Shown one piece after another: positions 1 to 9,345 of a stretch of DNA of 64,000 nucleotides. The notes below the pieces were generated by a model. It saw only the letters and a list, made by a program, of their open reading frames with translations. It had not been told where the DNA came from and searched no databases. The stretch's first letter is position 1. Every line of letters starts with the position of its first letter. The position numbers were made by a program, and so were the translations under genes. The stretch comes from Nitrospinales bacterium. GTDB taxonomy: Bacteria; Nitrospinota; Nitrospinia; Nitrospinales; VA-1. The stretch covers positions 384,001-448,000 of the forward strand of contig CBDCXL010000001.1 of NCBI GenBank assembly GCA_965223795.1. Direction: 5' to 3'.

Positions 1-112
1 TTGAAAACCGATTAAGGCAAAAACCCCGCCTCGCGCAAAGCCGCTAAGACACAAAGAAAAGCAAAAGCTGTAGACAAGATGCACAGGATAAAAAATACTT
101 GGCTCGGTAAAG

Positions 113-310
113 TCCCCCTCACCCAAGCCACCTCCAGTATTTATATGAGCGGGTGGCAGAACAAGTTCTGCATTCAAGCCACCTTCCGGGTAATTCGTAA
201 TGCGAGTGTCGAGCTTGGCTCGACGGAATCCTCTTCCCCCCTGAGGGGGGGAGGACAGCCCCTGAGTCATCCTGAGCTTGTCGAAGGACGAAGGAGCTGG
301 GTGAGGGGGA
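113..310. repeat. Nested palindromic (REP-like) repeat cluster
   Basis: Outer inverted repeat TCCCCCTCACCCAAGC (113-128) / GCTGGGTGAGGGGGA (296-310). It encloses a C6-TGA-G7 palindrome (229-255) and a GTCATCCTGAGCTTGTCGAAGGACGAAGG unit (266-294). Confidence 0.7.
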
Positions 311-484
311 TGAAAAAATCCTCCTATCGTATTCCGATATGGCTAACATTACATGTCCTTCGTATTTTCCGCTCAACCACCCAGTTTTTCTGCACATCTA
401 AAATCGTTTCCGGTTCCGGCGCTGCGGCAGGAATAAACCGATTTCCCGGCCTCTCTTAATTTATAGAGTTTTCAATTCTCTTTA

Positions 485-1144
485 ATGGAGGCCGCTATGA
501 CGTGCTCCTGCATCAAACGCATCCTCGCAACCGCACTGCTGTGTGCGTTCTTTTTGATTCCCCATTCTTCGTGGGCGGAAGGCAGTCTGACCCTGATCGC
601 GCGCACGGACGAAGGCCGGCTGAAGATCGTTCTCAATGAGGAAAACGGCGAATTCTTCGGCGTGGCGCGGGAAGGCTGGATGGGCGTCACCGCTCTGGAA
701 GCCTACCATGAAGACAAGGAGTTCATCCTCATCGTGGGCAACGACGTGTTCACGATCGAACGTTGGGACCTGGGCCGCTTCAAAACCTACGGCGGTGTCG
801 TTCAGGACCAGCGGGGCATCTCCGCCCAGGCGGAAAGCCTGAATTCCCATCTCAGCATCGCCGGAACCATCGAAAACGACATGAACCGGCTTGTCGAATT
901 TGAAGTCCTTGTGAATCGCAAGGAAGGGACATTCGAGTTGACCTGGGGAAAAAACACGCTGTTTCTGAAACGGACGACCGATGCAAAAAGCGGCGGCCCG
1001 GGGCGCTGCGAGGGAGGGCTGATCAAGATGGATTCGGAACTGTCCGGCCGGTTCTGGTGCAAGAGCTCCGGATCGCTGCAGGATGTCTTTTTCAAGGATC
1101 CCGATCACATCCTGGCGTGGATCGTCCTGCCGTTTGTGAAGTAG
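485..1144 (+). CDS. Hypothetical exported protein
   Basis: 219 aa ORF with signal-peptide-like N-terminus (ILATALLCAFFLIPHSSWA) and host-like codon usage. GGAGG before ATG 497 suggests that as an alternative start. Confidence 0.7.
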   Translation: MEAAMTCSCIKRILATALLCAFFLIPHSSWAEGSLTLIARTDEGRLKIVLNEENGEFFGVAREGWMGVTALEAYHEDKEFILIVGNDVFTIERWDLGRFKTYGGVVQDQRGISAQAESLNSHLSIAGTIENDMNRLVEFEVLVNRKEGTFELTWGKNTLFLKRTTDAKSGGPGRCEGGLIKMDSELSGRFWCKSSGSLQDVFFKDPDHILAWIVLPFVK

Positions 1145-1199
1145 TGCGGCTCCTTTGAGAGTTTTGCATGAGGCAGTTCGATTAAGGCGAAGAACCCGA

Positions 1200-1242
1200 T
1201 GTCACCCTGAGCCCTTCGTCCTTCGACAAGCTCAGCATGACA
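1200..1242. repeat. TGTCA...TGACA REP-like element
   Basis: TGTCACCCTGAGC-CCTTCGTCCTTCGACAA-GCTCAGCATGACA, with imperfect terminal inverted repeats. Same family as 266, 51268, 52231, 61231 and 62907. Confidence 0.85.
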
Positions 1243-1267
1243 GTTGCAAAGGTCTCCATTAGAGCCG

Positions 1268-2014
1268 TCATGCGTCCTCATACACCACTCTCACCAGGCA
1301 CAGGCCCTGGGGCTGGGCGGTGGGGCCGGCCTGTTTGCGGTCCTTCGACGCCATGATGGCGCCGACCCGCTCGGGCGTCATCTTGCCGCGCCCGACCAGA
1401 ACGAGGGTGCCGACGATGTTGCGCACCATGTGCTTCAAAAACCCGTCGCCCTCGAAAATAAGGTCGATGAACTCCCCCCTGCGTTCGATGTCGATGCGGT
1501 GCAGCGTGCGCACCGGGCTTTTGGCTTCGCAGTTGGCGGCGCGCACGGCGGAAAAATCACGCTTGCCCTCGAAATGCGCTTTCGCTTCGATCATCGCGTC
1601 CAGATCGAGCGGCTTCTGGATGTACAGGCAGCGCCCGGCGGACAGGGCGGAAGGGTGGTCGCGGTTGAGGATGGTGTAGCGGTAGATCTTGCGCACCGCC
1701 AGCATCTGGGCGTGGAAATCGTCCGGCACGTCCTCGACGGATTTGACGACGATGTCTTTGGGCAGCAGGCTGTTGAACGCTTTGAGCAGCTCATCCGTTG
1801 TCATGGTCGACCCGGTGCGGAAATGGGCCACCTGCCCTTCCGCGTGCACGCCCGCGTCGGTGCGGCCGGAAGCCACGACGGCTTTTTCCTCGCCGGTGAT
1901 CTTGGTGAGGCAGGACTGCATCAGGCCCTGGATGGTGGTGCCGTTGGGCTGCAACTGCCAGCCGCTGTACCGGCCGCCGTCGTACTCGATGACGATTTTC
2001 AATTTCCGTGTCAA
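1268..2014 (-). CDS. truA: tRNA pseudouridine(38-40) synthase
   Basis: YDG..Y.GWQ.Q, ASGRTDAGVHAEGQ and FLKHMVRNIVG motifs. TTG start at 2014 after GGAG. Confidence 0.95.
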   Translation of the reverse strand: MTRKLKIVIEYDGGRYSGWQLQPNGTTIQGLMQSCLTKITGEEKAVVASGRTDAGVHAEGQVAHFRTGSTMTTDELLKAFNSLLPKDIVVKSVEDVPDDFHAQMLAVRKIYRYTILNRDHPSALSAGRCLYIQKPLDLDAMIEAKAHFEGKRDFSAVRAANCEAKSPVRTLHRIDIERRGEFIDLIFEGDGFLKHMVRNIVGTLVLVGRGKMTPERVGAIMASKDRKQAGPTAQPQGLCLVRVVYEDA

Positions 2015-2030
2015 TGGAGCTCCCGCAAGC

Positions 2031-2064
2031 AAAAAAAACGCGCTGCCTGCCGCTCAGCGCGTTT
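2031..2064 (-). terminator. Intrinsic terminator-like hairpin
   Basis: AAACGCGCTG / CAGCGCGTTT stem with a T8 run on the minus strand and a T-rich run on the plus strand. Confidence 0.6.
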
Positions 2065-2249
2065 CTTCTTTTTTCTGGCCCCGGCTGCATCCTCGGGGAC
2101 CGTTCCTGTTTATACAGGAACCTCGTTTTCTAACTGTCAACTTTCTCGAAAGGTGGACTCACAGCTCCTCTAAACCTCCTGCTGGTCAGTCAGTCTCAAA
2201 CCCTCCACTCAAAATATAGTCCCGTTTTTTTCCCGCGCAAGATCTTTTT

Positions 2250-4385
2250 TCAAGTTTTCAGCAGGCTCGAAAAGGGCCGCTGTCCGGTCAGCAGCAGCGC
2301 GTCCTGGGCGCGGGTGATGGCGACGTACAGCAGGTTGCGGCTCTCGGTTTTGCGGTGGGGATAGTTTTCCTCATCGGGATCGACGATGGCCACGGCGTCG
2401 AATTCCAGCCCCTTCACCTGGTGAATGTTGGTCACCAGAACGCCGGGCTCGAAGGAGAACTGGCTGCGGTAGCCGAGCCGCAGTCCTTCGGGGATCATCT
2501 CTTCAAGGTCTTCCTTCAGCTCCATGGCCTGTTTGGGATAGCGGCAGATGAGCGCGATCAGCCGGTTGGGGTCTTCCTTGAGCAGCGTGCCGGTCCAGTC
2601 GGCCAGAGTCTCGAGCACGGCGTCGCGGTCTTCGGCGCGCCGCCACACGGGATGCGGTCCCGGCCGGCCTTCCACAGGCTGGCTGGTGCCGGCGACGCGG
2701 TGCGCCAGCTCCATGATGGGAACGGTGCAGCGGAACGAGACCTGAAGCTGGATGAGGTCGGAAGCGTCCATTTCGAGGTGATGCACGATGCGCTCCCAGC
2801 CGATGAATTTGCGCGTGAACAGGATTTTCTGGCTGACGTCGCCGACGATGGTGAGGTGGCGCGGGTCGTGCACGGCGTGCTTCATGACGGAGAACTCCAC
2901 CGGGCCGAAATCCTGCACCTCGTCGATCACCAGATGATCGAGGACCATGGGCAGGCCGTTCTTGCCGGGCAGTCCGCCGTTTTTGAGCTGGATGTTCTTG
3001 AGCAGCAGCGACAGGTCGAAATAGTCCAGGGTGTGGCTCTTGCGGTTCTTTTCGGTCACTTTTTTAAGATACGCCAGGTGCTCGCCGCGTTTGGGATGCG
3101 GCTTGAGGTGCGCCTTGAGGCCGTGTTCGTCGCACAGCAGATCGTAGATGTCGCCCGCATGGTCTTCCAGGGCATCGAGCCGCGCTTTCAGATCGGCAAG
3201 GTGTTTCTTTTTCTCCGGCTCCGGCAGGGTCGCGTCCTTCACATCCTGCATGAAATCGCGCAGGCGCGGGAGCGGTGGCTTGGCGGCGCTTTCGATCCAC
3301 AGGCGGCGCAGCGTCTCCCGGTTCTGAAACTGCTCGCGCAGCAGGCGGTCGGTCTCCCCGGCCTGCTTATCGACGCGCGCCGACAGGGCGTTCAGGATCT
3401 CCTCGGAGAATTTGATGGTCTCGACGAACTCGGGCAGGTTGAAGAATTTGAAATTCGGCGGCCGGCGCATGGCGTTGCGGATGATGGCGAACGCCCAGGC
3501 GTTGAAGGTCGTGGTCTCGACGCCTTCGATTCCCATCGACGGCAGGGTGGCGCTGACGTACATCTGCAGGGCCTTGTTCATGACGACGACGCGGGTGTTT
3601 TCCGGCAGGGCCTGCGAGTTTTCGCCGTGCAGCAGCCAGGCGAGCCGGTGCAGCGCCACGGTGGTTTTGCCGGAACCCGCCGAGCCCTGGATGATGACCG
3701 GGCGGTGCGGATCGCTGGTGATCATCTGGAACTGGTCTTTTGTGATCAATGAAAGAATGCTGGGCAGGCGCTTTTCCCGGCTGTGCGCGGCGCGCGAACG
3801 ATGGGCGGCGATCTCGGCGTCGACGTCGAGCTTGATCCAGCCGCTTTCGTTGCAGTGGAACACGCCTTCCGGCGTGTCGATCTGCACGAGGCGGCCGTTT
3901 TCGATCTTGTAGGAGCGGCGGATCTTGATGCGGCCGCTGCGCTCGCGGTCGTTGATGACCTCGTAGAATTCCTCGCCCTGCTTGTAGTTGAAATACAGGG
4001 CGGAGATGGGGCCGTTGCGCCAGTCGACGATGCCGGAGTGGACGTTGCCCTTCTTGCCGATCAGAAACGCCACTTCCTTGCCGTCGTCCTCGGCGGTGAC
4101 GACGCGGCCGAAATAGGGCTCCTCGATCAGCTGCTTCAACACGCTGTCGCTTTCCTTGCGGATGTCCACCACGCGGTGGGCCACGGCTTCGTCGGAGACG
4201 AGGGGCTGCCGTTCTTCCGGATTCCACTCGTTGGTGACTTTCGAGGTCAGGCTGCGGGCGGACTGGTTGGCGGCGATCTTCGCCGCCTGCGCCTGGGGCA
4301 GCTCCTCGCAGAGCGATCGGATCGTTTTTTCAAACAATTTCTCTTCTTCGAGGACCAGCTTTTTTTCTTCTTCCGATAATTCCAT
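2250..4385 (-). CDS. helD: HelD-like SF1 helicase/ATPase (RNA polymerase recycling factor family)
   Basis: N-terminal PYFGR...IG...IVDWR.PI..LY signature, Walker A GSAGSGKTT, HLVIDEVQD, VKGLEFDAV and LYVAITRA UvrD C-terminal motifs. Confidence 0.75.
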   Translation of the reverse strand: MELSEEEKKLVLEEEKLFEKTIRSLCEELPQAQAAKIAANQSARSLTSKVTNEWNPEERQPLVSDEAVAHRVVDIRKESDSVLKQLIEEPYFGRVVTAEDDGKEVAFLIGKKGNVHSGIVDWRNGPISALYFNYKQGEEFYEVINDRERSGRIKIRRSYKIENGRLVQIDTPEGVFHCNESGWIKLDVDAEIAAHRSRAAHSREKRLPSILSLITKDQFQMITSDPHRPVIIQGSAGSGKTTVALHRLAWLLHGENSQALPENTRVVVMNKALQMYVSATLPSMGIEGVETTTFNAWAFAIIRNAMRRPPNFKFFNLPEFVETIKFSEEILNALSARVDKQAGETDRLLREQFQNRETLRRLWIESAAKPPLPRLRDFMQDVKDATLPEPEKKKHLADLKARLDALEDHAGDIYDLLCDEHGLKAHLKPHPKRGEHLAYLKKVTEKNRKSHTLDYFDLSLLLKNIQLKNGGLPGKNGLPMVLDHLVIDEVQDFGPVEFSVMKHAVHDPRHLTIVGDVSQKILFTRKFIGWERIVHHLEMDASDLIQLQVSFRCTVPIMELAHRVAGTSQPVEGRPGPHPVWRRAEDRDAVLETLADWTGTLLKEDPNRLIALICRYPKQAMELKEDLEEMIPEGLRLGYRSQFSFEPGVLVTNIHQVKGLEFDAVAIVDPDEENYPHRKTESRNLLYVAITRAQDALLLTGQRPFSSLLKT

Positions 4386-4630
4386 CACCGCATCCGAAAA
4401 TAGTGGGGTCCGGGCCGCCCGAAACACCTAAACCTGCTAATCTAGATCAGAAACTCAGCCGCGGTCAATGATAAAAAGCGCCGTTGTTTGAAGGGGCCGC
4501 GGGCGGTCCTGAAAACCGCCGGTTTGCCGCCAAAGAACCCCTTTGCAAGCGAAAAATTTTCCGATATCATAGAGGGCAAAATTTTCCATTTCATTTAATT
4601 CCAGATATTTGTGGATTCTCAGGAGCCATC

Positions 4631-5533
4631 ATGAAAACTTACGAAGATTTGGCTGGAGACGGCGGTTCCGGCATCGTCAGCCAGGTCGTCTCGAAACTGG
4701 AGAAATTGCGCGGACGGCTGGACAAGATCAAGCACAAGGTCGCGCTGATGAGCGGCAAGGGCGGCGTCGGCAAAAGTTCGCTCACCGCGAACATCGCCGC
4801 CTGCCTGACCGCAAAAGGCCATAAAGTCGGCATTCTCGACGCGGATCTCAACGGCCCCAGCATCGGGCACCTGCTGGGCGTCGGCAACGACATGAAACTC
4901 AAGGTGGACGAGGACGGCGTCTTTCCCGGCGAAGGGGCTCAGGGAATCAAGATCATGTCGATGGACATGCTACTCACGGGTTCGGACACGCCGGTGATGT
5001 GGACGGAGGACAAGGGCGCCACGGCGGTGTGGGTGAGCACGATGGAATCGACGGCGCTCAGGGAGCTGCTGGCGGACACGCACTGGGGTGAGCTGGACTT
5101 TCTGCTCATCGACATGCCGCCGGGCTCGGACCGCATGGACAACATCCGCGAGCTCATTCCGGAGCTGGAAGGCGTCGTGGAGATCACGATTCCCTCGCCG
5201 CTGTCACAGCACATCGTGTCGAAGTCCATCACCAAGAACAACATGATGGGGGTTCCGGTCATCGGGCTGATCGAAAACATGGCCACCTATGTCTGCCCCA
5301 ACTGCGACTGCGAGAGCAAGCTGTTCGAGGGCGAGGACGTGCAGGAGCTGACGGGGCGCAAGGGCGTGCCCTACATCGGCAAGATCCCGTTCGACACGCG
5401 CGTTTCCAGAAAAACCGACTCCGGGTCGCTGTTCTACACGGAACACGCGGACTCGCCGACCGGCAGGGCGATCGCCGCGGCGGTGGACAACATTCTCAAA
5501 TTCATTGAAACGAATTCCCAAAAGGGGGCGTGA
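4631..5533 (+). CDS. Mrp/NBP35 family P-loop Fe-S cluster carrier ATPase
   Basis: SGKGGVGKS, DADLNGPS, W..LDFLLIDMPPG and ENM..YVCPNC motifs. AGGAG RBS before ATG 4631. Confidence 0.9.
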   Translation: MKTYEDLAGDGGSGIVSQVVSKLEKLRGRLDKIKHKVALMSGKGGVGKSSLTANIAACLTAKGHKVGILDADLNGPSIGHLLGVGNDMKLKVDEDGVFPGEGAQGIKIMSMDMLLTGSDTPVMWTEDKGATAVWVSTMESTALRELLADTHWGELDFLLIDMPPGSDRMDNIRELIPELEGVVEITIPSPLSQHIVSKSITKNNMMGVPVIGLIENMATYVCPNCDCESKLFEGEDVQELTGRKGVPYIGKIPFDTRVSRKTDSGSLFYTEHADSPTGRAIAAAVDNILKFIETNSQKGA

Positions 5534-5967
5534 TGAAATTTTTATGCATTCCTTGCGATGAGCAGATGGAAACCCAGACCGACGGCATCATGCCGGACGA
5601 GTCGAAAAATCTGGCGATGAAGTTCAAGTGCAAAAAGTGCGGCCACATGATCGCCATGCTGACCAACAAGTTCGAGACGGAGTTCGTCAGCAAGCTGGGC
5701 GTGGAGATGGGCGGTGCGTCGCCGGAAGGCAAGGCGCCGCTCAGCGTGGTCGGGACGCAGCTCGCTCAGGCCAAGGAAGAACTCAGCAAGGGCAATCCAG
5801 AAGACAATCTGATCTGGACGGAAGAAGCGCAGCAGCGGATCAAGCGGGTGCCGTTTTTCGTGCGTAACATGGCCAAGAAAACGGTGATCAATTTCGCGCT
5901 GGAAAAAGGCGTCACCACCATCGACGCGAAGCTGATGGACGAGGTGCGCGAAAAGGTCGGCATGTAG
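5530..5967 (+). CDS. CxxC-CxxC metal-binding protein with C-terminal PCP_red-like (ChlB/BchB C-terminal) domain
   Basis: CIPC...CKKC at the N-terminus; WTEEA..RIKRVPFFVR..AKK....FA at the C-terminus. Start overlaps the Mrp stop. Confidence 0.8.
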   Translation: MMKFLCIPCDEQMETQTDGIMPDESKNLAMKFKCKKCGHMIAMLTNKFETEFVSKLGVEMGGASPEGKAPLSVVGTQLAQAKEELSKGNPEDNLIWTEEAQQRIKRVPFFVRNMAKKTVINFALEKGVTTIDAKLMDEVREKVGM

Positions 5968-6053
5968 CGGGTCCCACCGGCTGGAAACAGGCCCCGACTG
6001 CGGAAAGCCGCAGGAAAGCACGTTCGCTTTTTACGATTGCACTTCGCGGCGCA

Positions 6054-6440
6054 TCAGCACCCGTAACGCCAGCGGCGGTGATGATGGCGGTGGCCCCAGT
6101 AATATCGCGGCCCCCAGTAATAGCCGGGATAATAATCGTATCTGGAAGAGTACGAGCGGGTGGCCTTGCAGGAGCTGAAGCCGTCGTCCCAGCCGTGCTT
6201 GTAGAGGTCGTCCGCGCCGTAGCGGCCCCGGTCCTTCTGAAAAACGTAACTGCTGTATCCGGCGGAGACATAGCCGCTGTCGCAGCCGTCTTTGTAGCCC
6301 ACACGGTAGCCCACCGGCTGGTGCGCGCCCACGGCCCGGTCCACATCCTCGATGGACGTGGTTCTCGGCCCGCCGTAGTCGTACGTCGCGCAACCGGTGA
6401 ACAGAATTCCGCAAACAACCGCGAATCCGATTTTCTTCAT
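6054..6440 (-). CDS. Predicted lipoprotein, short paralog
   Basis: Lipobox FTGC, GYKDGCDSG core, short Tyr/His/Arg tail. Confidence 0.8.
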   Translation of the reverse strand: MKKIGFAVVCGILFTGCATYDYGGPRTTSIEDVDRAVGAHQPVGYRVGYKDGCDSGYVSAGYSSYVFQKDRGRYGADDLYKHGWDDGFSSCKATRSYSSRYDYYPGYYWGPRYYWGHRHHHRRWRYGC

Positions 6441-6594
6441 ATCGCCCCTGCTCTTTCCGGGCCTTGCCCTGTTGAGTCCGCGTCCCCAGCCTCAACGTCC
6501 TGAATTTTGAATATTCAAACTTATCGCTAAATTGTGGAAACGTCAATATGTGTTGCGTTTGCGTTTCGCGCTCTCACCCGGCGGCGTTTCGCCA

Positions 6595-7257
6595 TCATTT
6601 CCTGTGTTTCCAGCTTCGGAATCCACGGTGCTTGTGATGATGGCGGCTTTTGTGCCGCAGATGCCGTTTGAAACCCGACTTCCCTTTCGGGTTCGATTTC
6701 CGCAATTGATGTTTATGCTTATGATCGCCGCTGCTTTTATGCCGAATCTGGTGATTCCTGCTGTGGCTGTGGCGCTTTTCGTGCCGCAGGTGCCGGTCGT
6801 GGTGGTGCCGCCGGGGACTCCGGGGCTGAATGCGCGTCTCATGGCGGTGATGTTTCGGTCCGGGATGGCGCAGGTGTTTTTTGGGCCGGTGGAAGCGGCG
6901 GTCCCGGTTATAATAGCCCCAATACGAACCGGGCCAGCCGTAGTCGTAATAGCTGTAGCGGGTGGGATAGAGGTGCGCGCGGCTGCAGGCGTTGAAGCCG
7001 TCGTCCCAGCCATGACGGTATAAATCGTCCGCGCCGTAGCGGAGGGTGTCCTTGCGGATGGCGTATCCCGTGATGCCCGCGGAGACGTAGCCGCTGTCGC
7101 AGCCGTCCTTGTAGCCCGCACGGTATTCCACCGGCTGGTGCGCGCCCACGGCCCGGTCCACGTCCTCGATGGAAGTGGCTCTCGGTCCGCCGGTGTCGTA
7201 CGTCGCGCAGCCGGTGAATCCCAACGCGCACACGACGGCGATCGCGATCTTCTTCAT
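6595..7257 (-). CDS. Predicted lipoprotein with long His/Arg/Lys-rich tail
   Basis: Paralog of 6054..6440 (MKKI...FTGCATYD.GGPR.TSIEDVDRAVGAHQPV). Start chosen by alignment with the paralog. Confidence 0.8.
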   Translation of the reverse strand: MKKIAIAVVCALGFTGCATYDTGGPRATSIEDVDRAVGAHQPVEYRAGYKDGCDSGYVSAGITGYAIRKDTLRYGADDLYRHGWDDGFNACSRAHLYPTRYSYYDYGWPGSYWGYYNRDRRFHRPKKHLRHPGPKHHRHETRIQPRSPRRHHHDRHLRHEKRHSHSRNHQIRHKSSGDHKHKHQLRKSNPKGKSGFKRHLRHKSRHHHKHRGFRSWKHRK

Positions 7258-7560
7258 ATCGCCCCTGCTCCTTCCGGGCTTCGCCCTGTTGAGTCCGCGT
7301 CCCCAGATCAACGTGGTTCTGTCCTGAATCTTCAACCGTATCGCTAAACCGCGACTTCGTCAACGGCCCATTCCGGCGCGAAAAATTTCAGCAAAACCAG
7401 GCATTTGAATCGCTTTTTCGCGGCGCTGGAGCGGTTCCGCCGGTTCGCCGGAGTGAATTATTTTTGTGCGCGCACGGGTATGGGGTACAGTAAAGCGGTG
7501 TACGCCTGATTTCACGGAGGCCCGCCCGCCGTCCAAGCGGGCGGCACGAAAGGAGACCGC

Positions 7561-8082
7561 ATGCTGAAAAAAATTCTCATCGCTTTTCTGGCTGTGGCCG
7601 GGATCGTGGTGGCCATCGGCCTGTTTTTGCCCAATCAATACTCGGTCAGCCGGTCCACGGTCATCGATGCCAAGCCGGAAAAAATCCATAAATTTGTCGG
7701 CGACCTGAAACAATGGGACGCCTGGGAACCCTGGCGGGAAGGCGACCCCTCTCTGGTGGTCACGCTCGGCGACAAAACCTCCGGCGTCGGCGCGAGCCAG
7801 TCCTGGATGGGACAGGGCGGCGACGGCCGGCTGGTGTTCACCGAGTCCTCGCCCAAGACCGGGGTGAAATACGATCTGTTCTTCCGGCAGGACAAGGACA
7901 AATGCAAAAGCGCGGTCATTTACACGCCCGGAGAGGCGAATACCCAGGTGCTGTGGAAGATGGACGGGACAATGGAGATCCCCGTGCTCGGCGGCTACAT
8001 GGCGATGATGATGGACAGCATGGTGGGGCCGATGTTCGAGAACGGCCTCGCCAAGTTGAAAAAAGCCGCCGAGGCGGCGTGA
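7561..8082 (+). CDS. SRPBCC (START-like) family protein, membrane-anchored
   Basis: N-terminal TM segment, V.RS.VI.A.PEKI...V.DL..W..W.PW and GL..LK..AE motifs. AAGGAG RBS. Confidence 0.85.
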   Translation: MLKKILIAFLAVAGIVVAIGLFLPNQYSVSRSTVIDAKPEKIHKFVGDLKQWDAWEPWREGDPSLVVTLGDKTSGVGASQSWMGQGGDGRLVFTESSPKTGVKYDLFFRQDKDKCKSAVIYTPGEANTQVLWKMDGTMEIPVLGGYMAMMMDSMVGPMFENGLAKLKKAAEAA

Positions 8083-8086
8083 ACCG

Positions 8087-8503
8087 GTGACCGTGCAACC
8101 GCAGGGAAAGATCATCGGCAGCGCGCCCATCCTGCTGGTCGCCGACGTTCAGGCTGCGGCGGATCACTACCGCGACAAGCTCGGCTTTCGCTACGAACGC
8201 TTCTGGGGCGAGCCGCCCTGCTTCTGCATGCCGGTGCGCGACGGGCACGTGGTGATGCTGAGCCAGGTGGACGACCCCGGACACATCGTTCCGCATTACA
8301 AGGTGGTGGAGAAAATGTGGAACGTGTATTTCTGGGTGGATGATGTGGAGGCGGTGTACCGCGAGCTGAAGGAACGCGGCGCCACGATCGATTACGACCT
8401 CTGCACCCAGCCCTACGGCGTCAAGGAGTTCGGCGTGCAGGACCTGGACGGCTACGACCTCGCGTTCGGGCAGGACCTGGAAAACGAACCCGCCGGCTCC
8501 TGA
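8087..8503 (+). CDS. VOC/glyoxalase/bleomycin-resistance family protein
   Basis: PILLV.DV..A...Y.DKLGF, YFWVDDVEA.Y and QPYG.KEF.V.DLDG motifs. Confidence 0.9.
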   Translation: MTVQPQGKIIGSAPILLVADVQAAADHYRDKLGFRYERFWGEPPCFCMPVRDGHVVMLSQVDDPGHIVPHYKVVEKMWNVYFWVDDVEAVYRELKERGATIDYDLCTQPYGVKEFGVQDLDGYDLAFGQDLENEPAGS

Positions 8504-8538
8504 CTCCCCTTCCCATAACTCAACGATCTGTCTCTCAA

Positions 8539-9345
8539 CTAGGAACGATCGCGCCAGAACTTGAGCTCCGGCAGGGATCTCTGGTCGGAGTTGTTTCCGG
8601 TTTTGTCCAGCGCCTGGCTGTTCCAGTTTTCGATCGCCTTGTCGATGATGTCCTGGTACGGGTGGGTCGCAGGCGATCCCAGCGTCGCGGTCTTTTCGGC
8701 CTGGTTGTCCACTCCGTAGGACCACAGGAACGCGCCCAGCTGATGCTTGTAGCAGCGGGATTTTTCGTCGAGGCACACCGGAACGTCGATGACGTTCGCC
8801 GCTCGTTTGAAATCTCCGGCCGGCGACAGGCACAGCACCGCCGGTTCGGACCGGTCCCGGTTTGAACTGCCTGTGAATACACGGGCCGTTTCCTGAGAAA
8901 ACGTTCCGCAGGTGCGCCGTTCTTCGATCGTGTATTTGGGAAAGGTGAGAGCGGAATCTTCTTCGGCGCCGATATAGCCCCACGTGGACGCCTGATTCAA
9001 TTTCGTGCCCGACTGGTCCACGGCCCAGCCTTCCGAGGTTTCCCGCTGCTTCATCTGCAGAGGCGTCGTGTCCCCTTCCCTGCCTGTGGCCGGATCCAGA
9101 TCCTGAAGGATCTGCACGAAAGCAATCCGGTCACATTCGCACTGGATGGCACAACCGGGTGTGTCCGGGTCGAAACTGACGCGGCTGATGGAGCGGTCCT
9201 CTGTGGGGTGCAAATGCGAGCTGAGCTTGAAGTTGGTGCAGTCCGGTTCGGACACAGTGCGCACGGTCTCCGTGCACGCGGCAATGAAAGGGATCAACGT
9301 CAACGCCAGAATGAAACGGATTCTATTGCGTGCGGTTGTATTCAT
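8539..9345 (-). CDS. Hypothetical Cys-rich lipoprotein
   Basis: Lipobox IAAC, AGGAG RBS, multiple further Cys residues. Confidence 0.7.
   Translation of the reverse strand: MNTTARNRIRFILALTLIPFIAACTETVRTVSEPDCTNFKLSSHLHPTEDRSISRVSFDPDTPGCAIQCECDRIAFVQILQDLDPATGREGDTTPLQMKQRETSEGWAVDQSGTKLNQASTWGYIGAEEDSALTFPKYTIEERRTCGTFSQETARVFTGSSNRDRSEPAVLCLSPAGDFKRAANVIDVPVCLDEKSRCYKHQLGAFLWSYGVDNQAEKTATLGSPATHPYQDIIDKAIENWNSQALDKTGNNSDQRSLPELKFWRDRS

Noticed and set aside
5530..5967. Evidence for photosynthesis (bchB/chlB)
   Set aside because: Only the short C-terminal domain is similar. The nitrogenase-like catalytic domain is missing.
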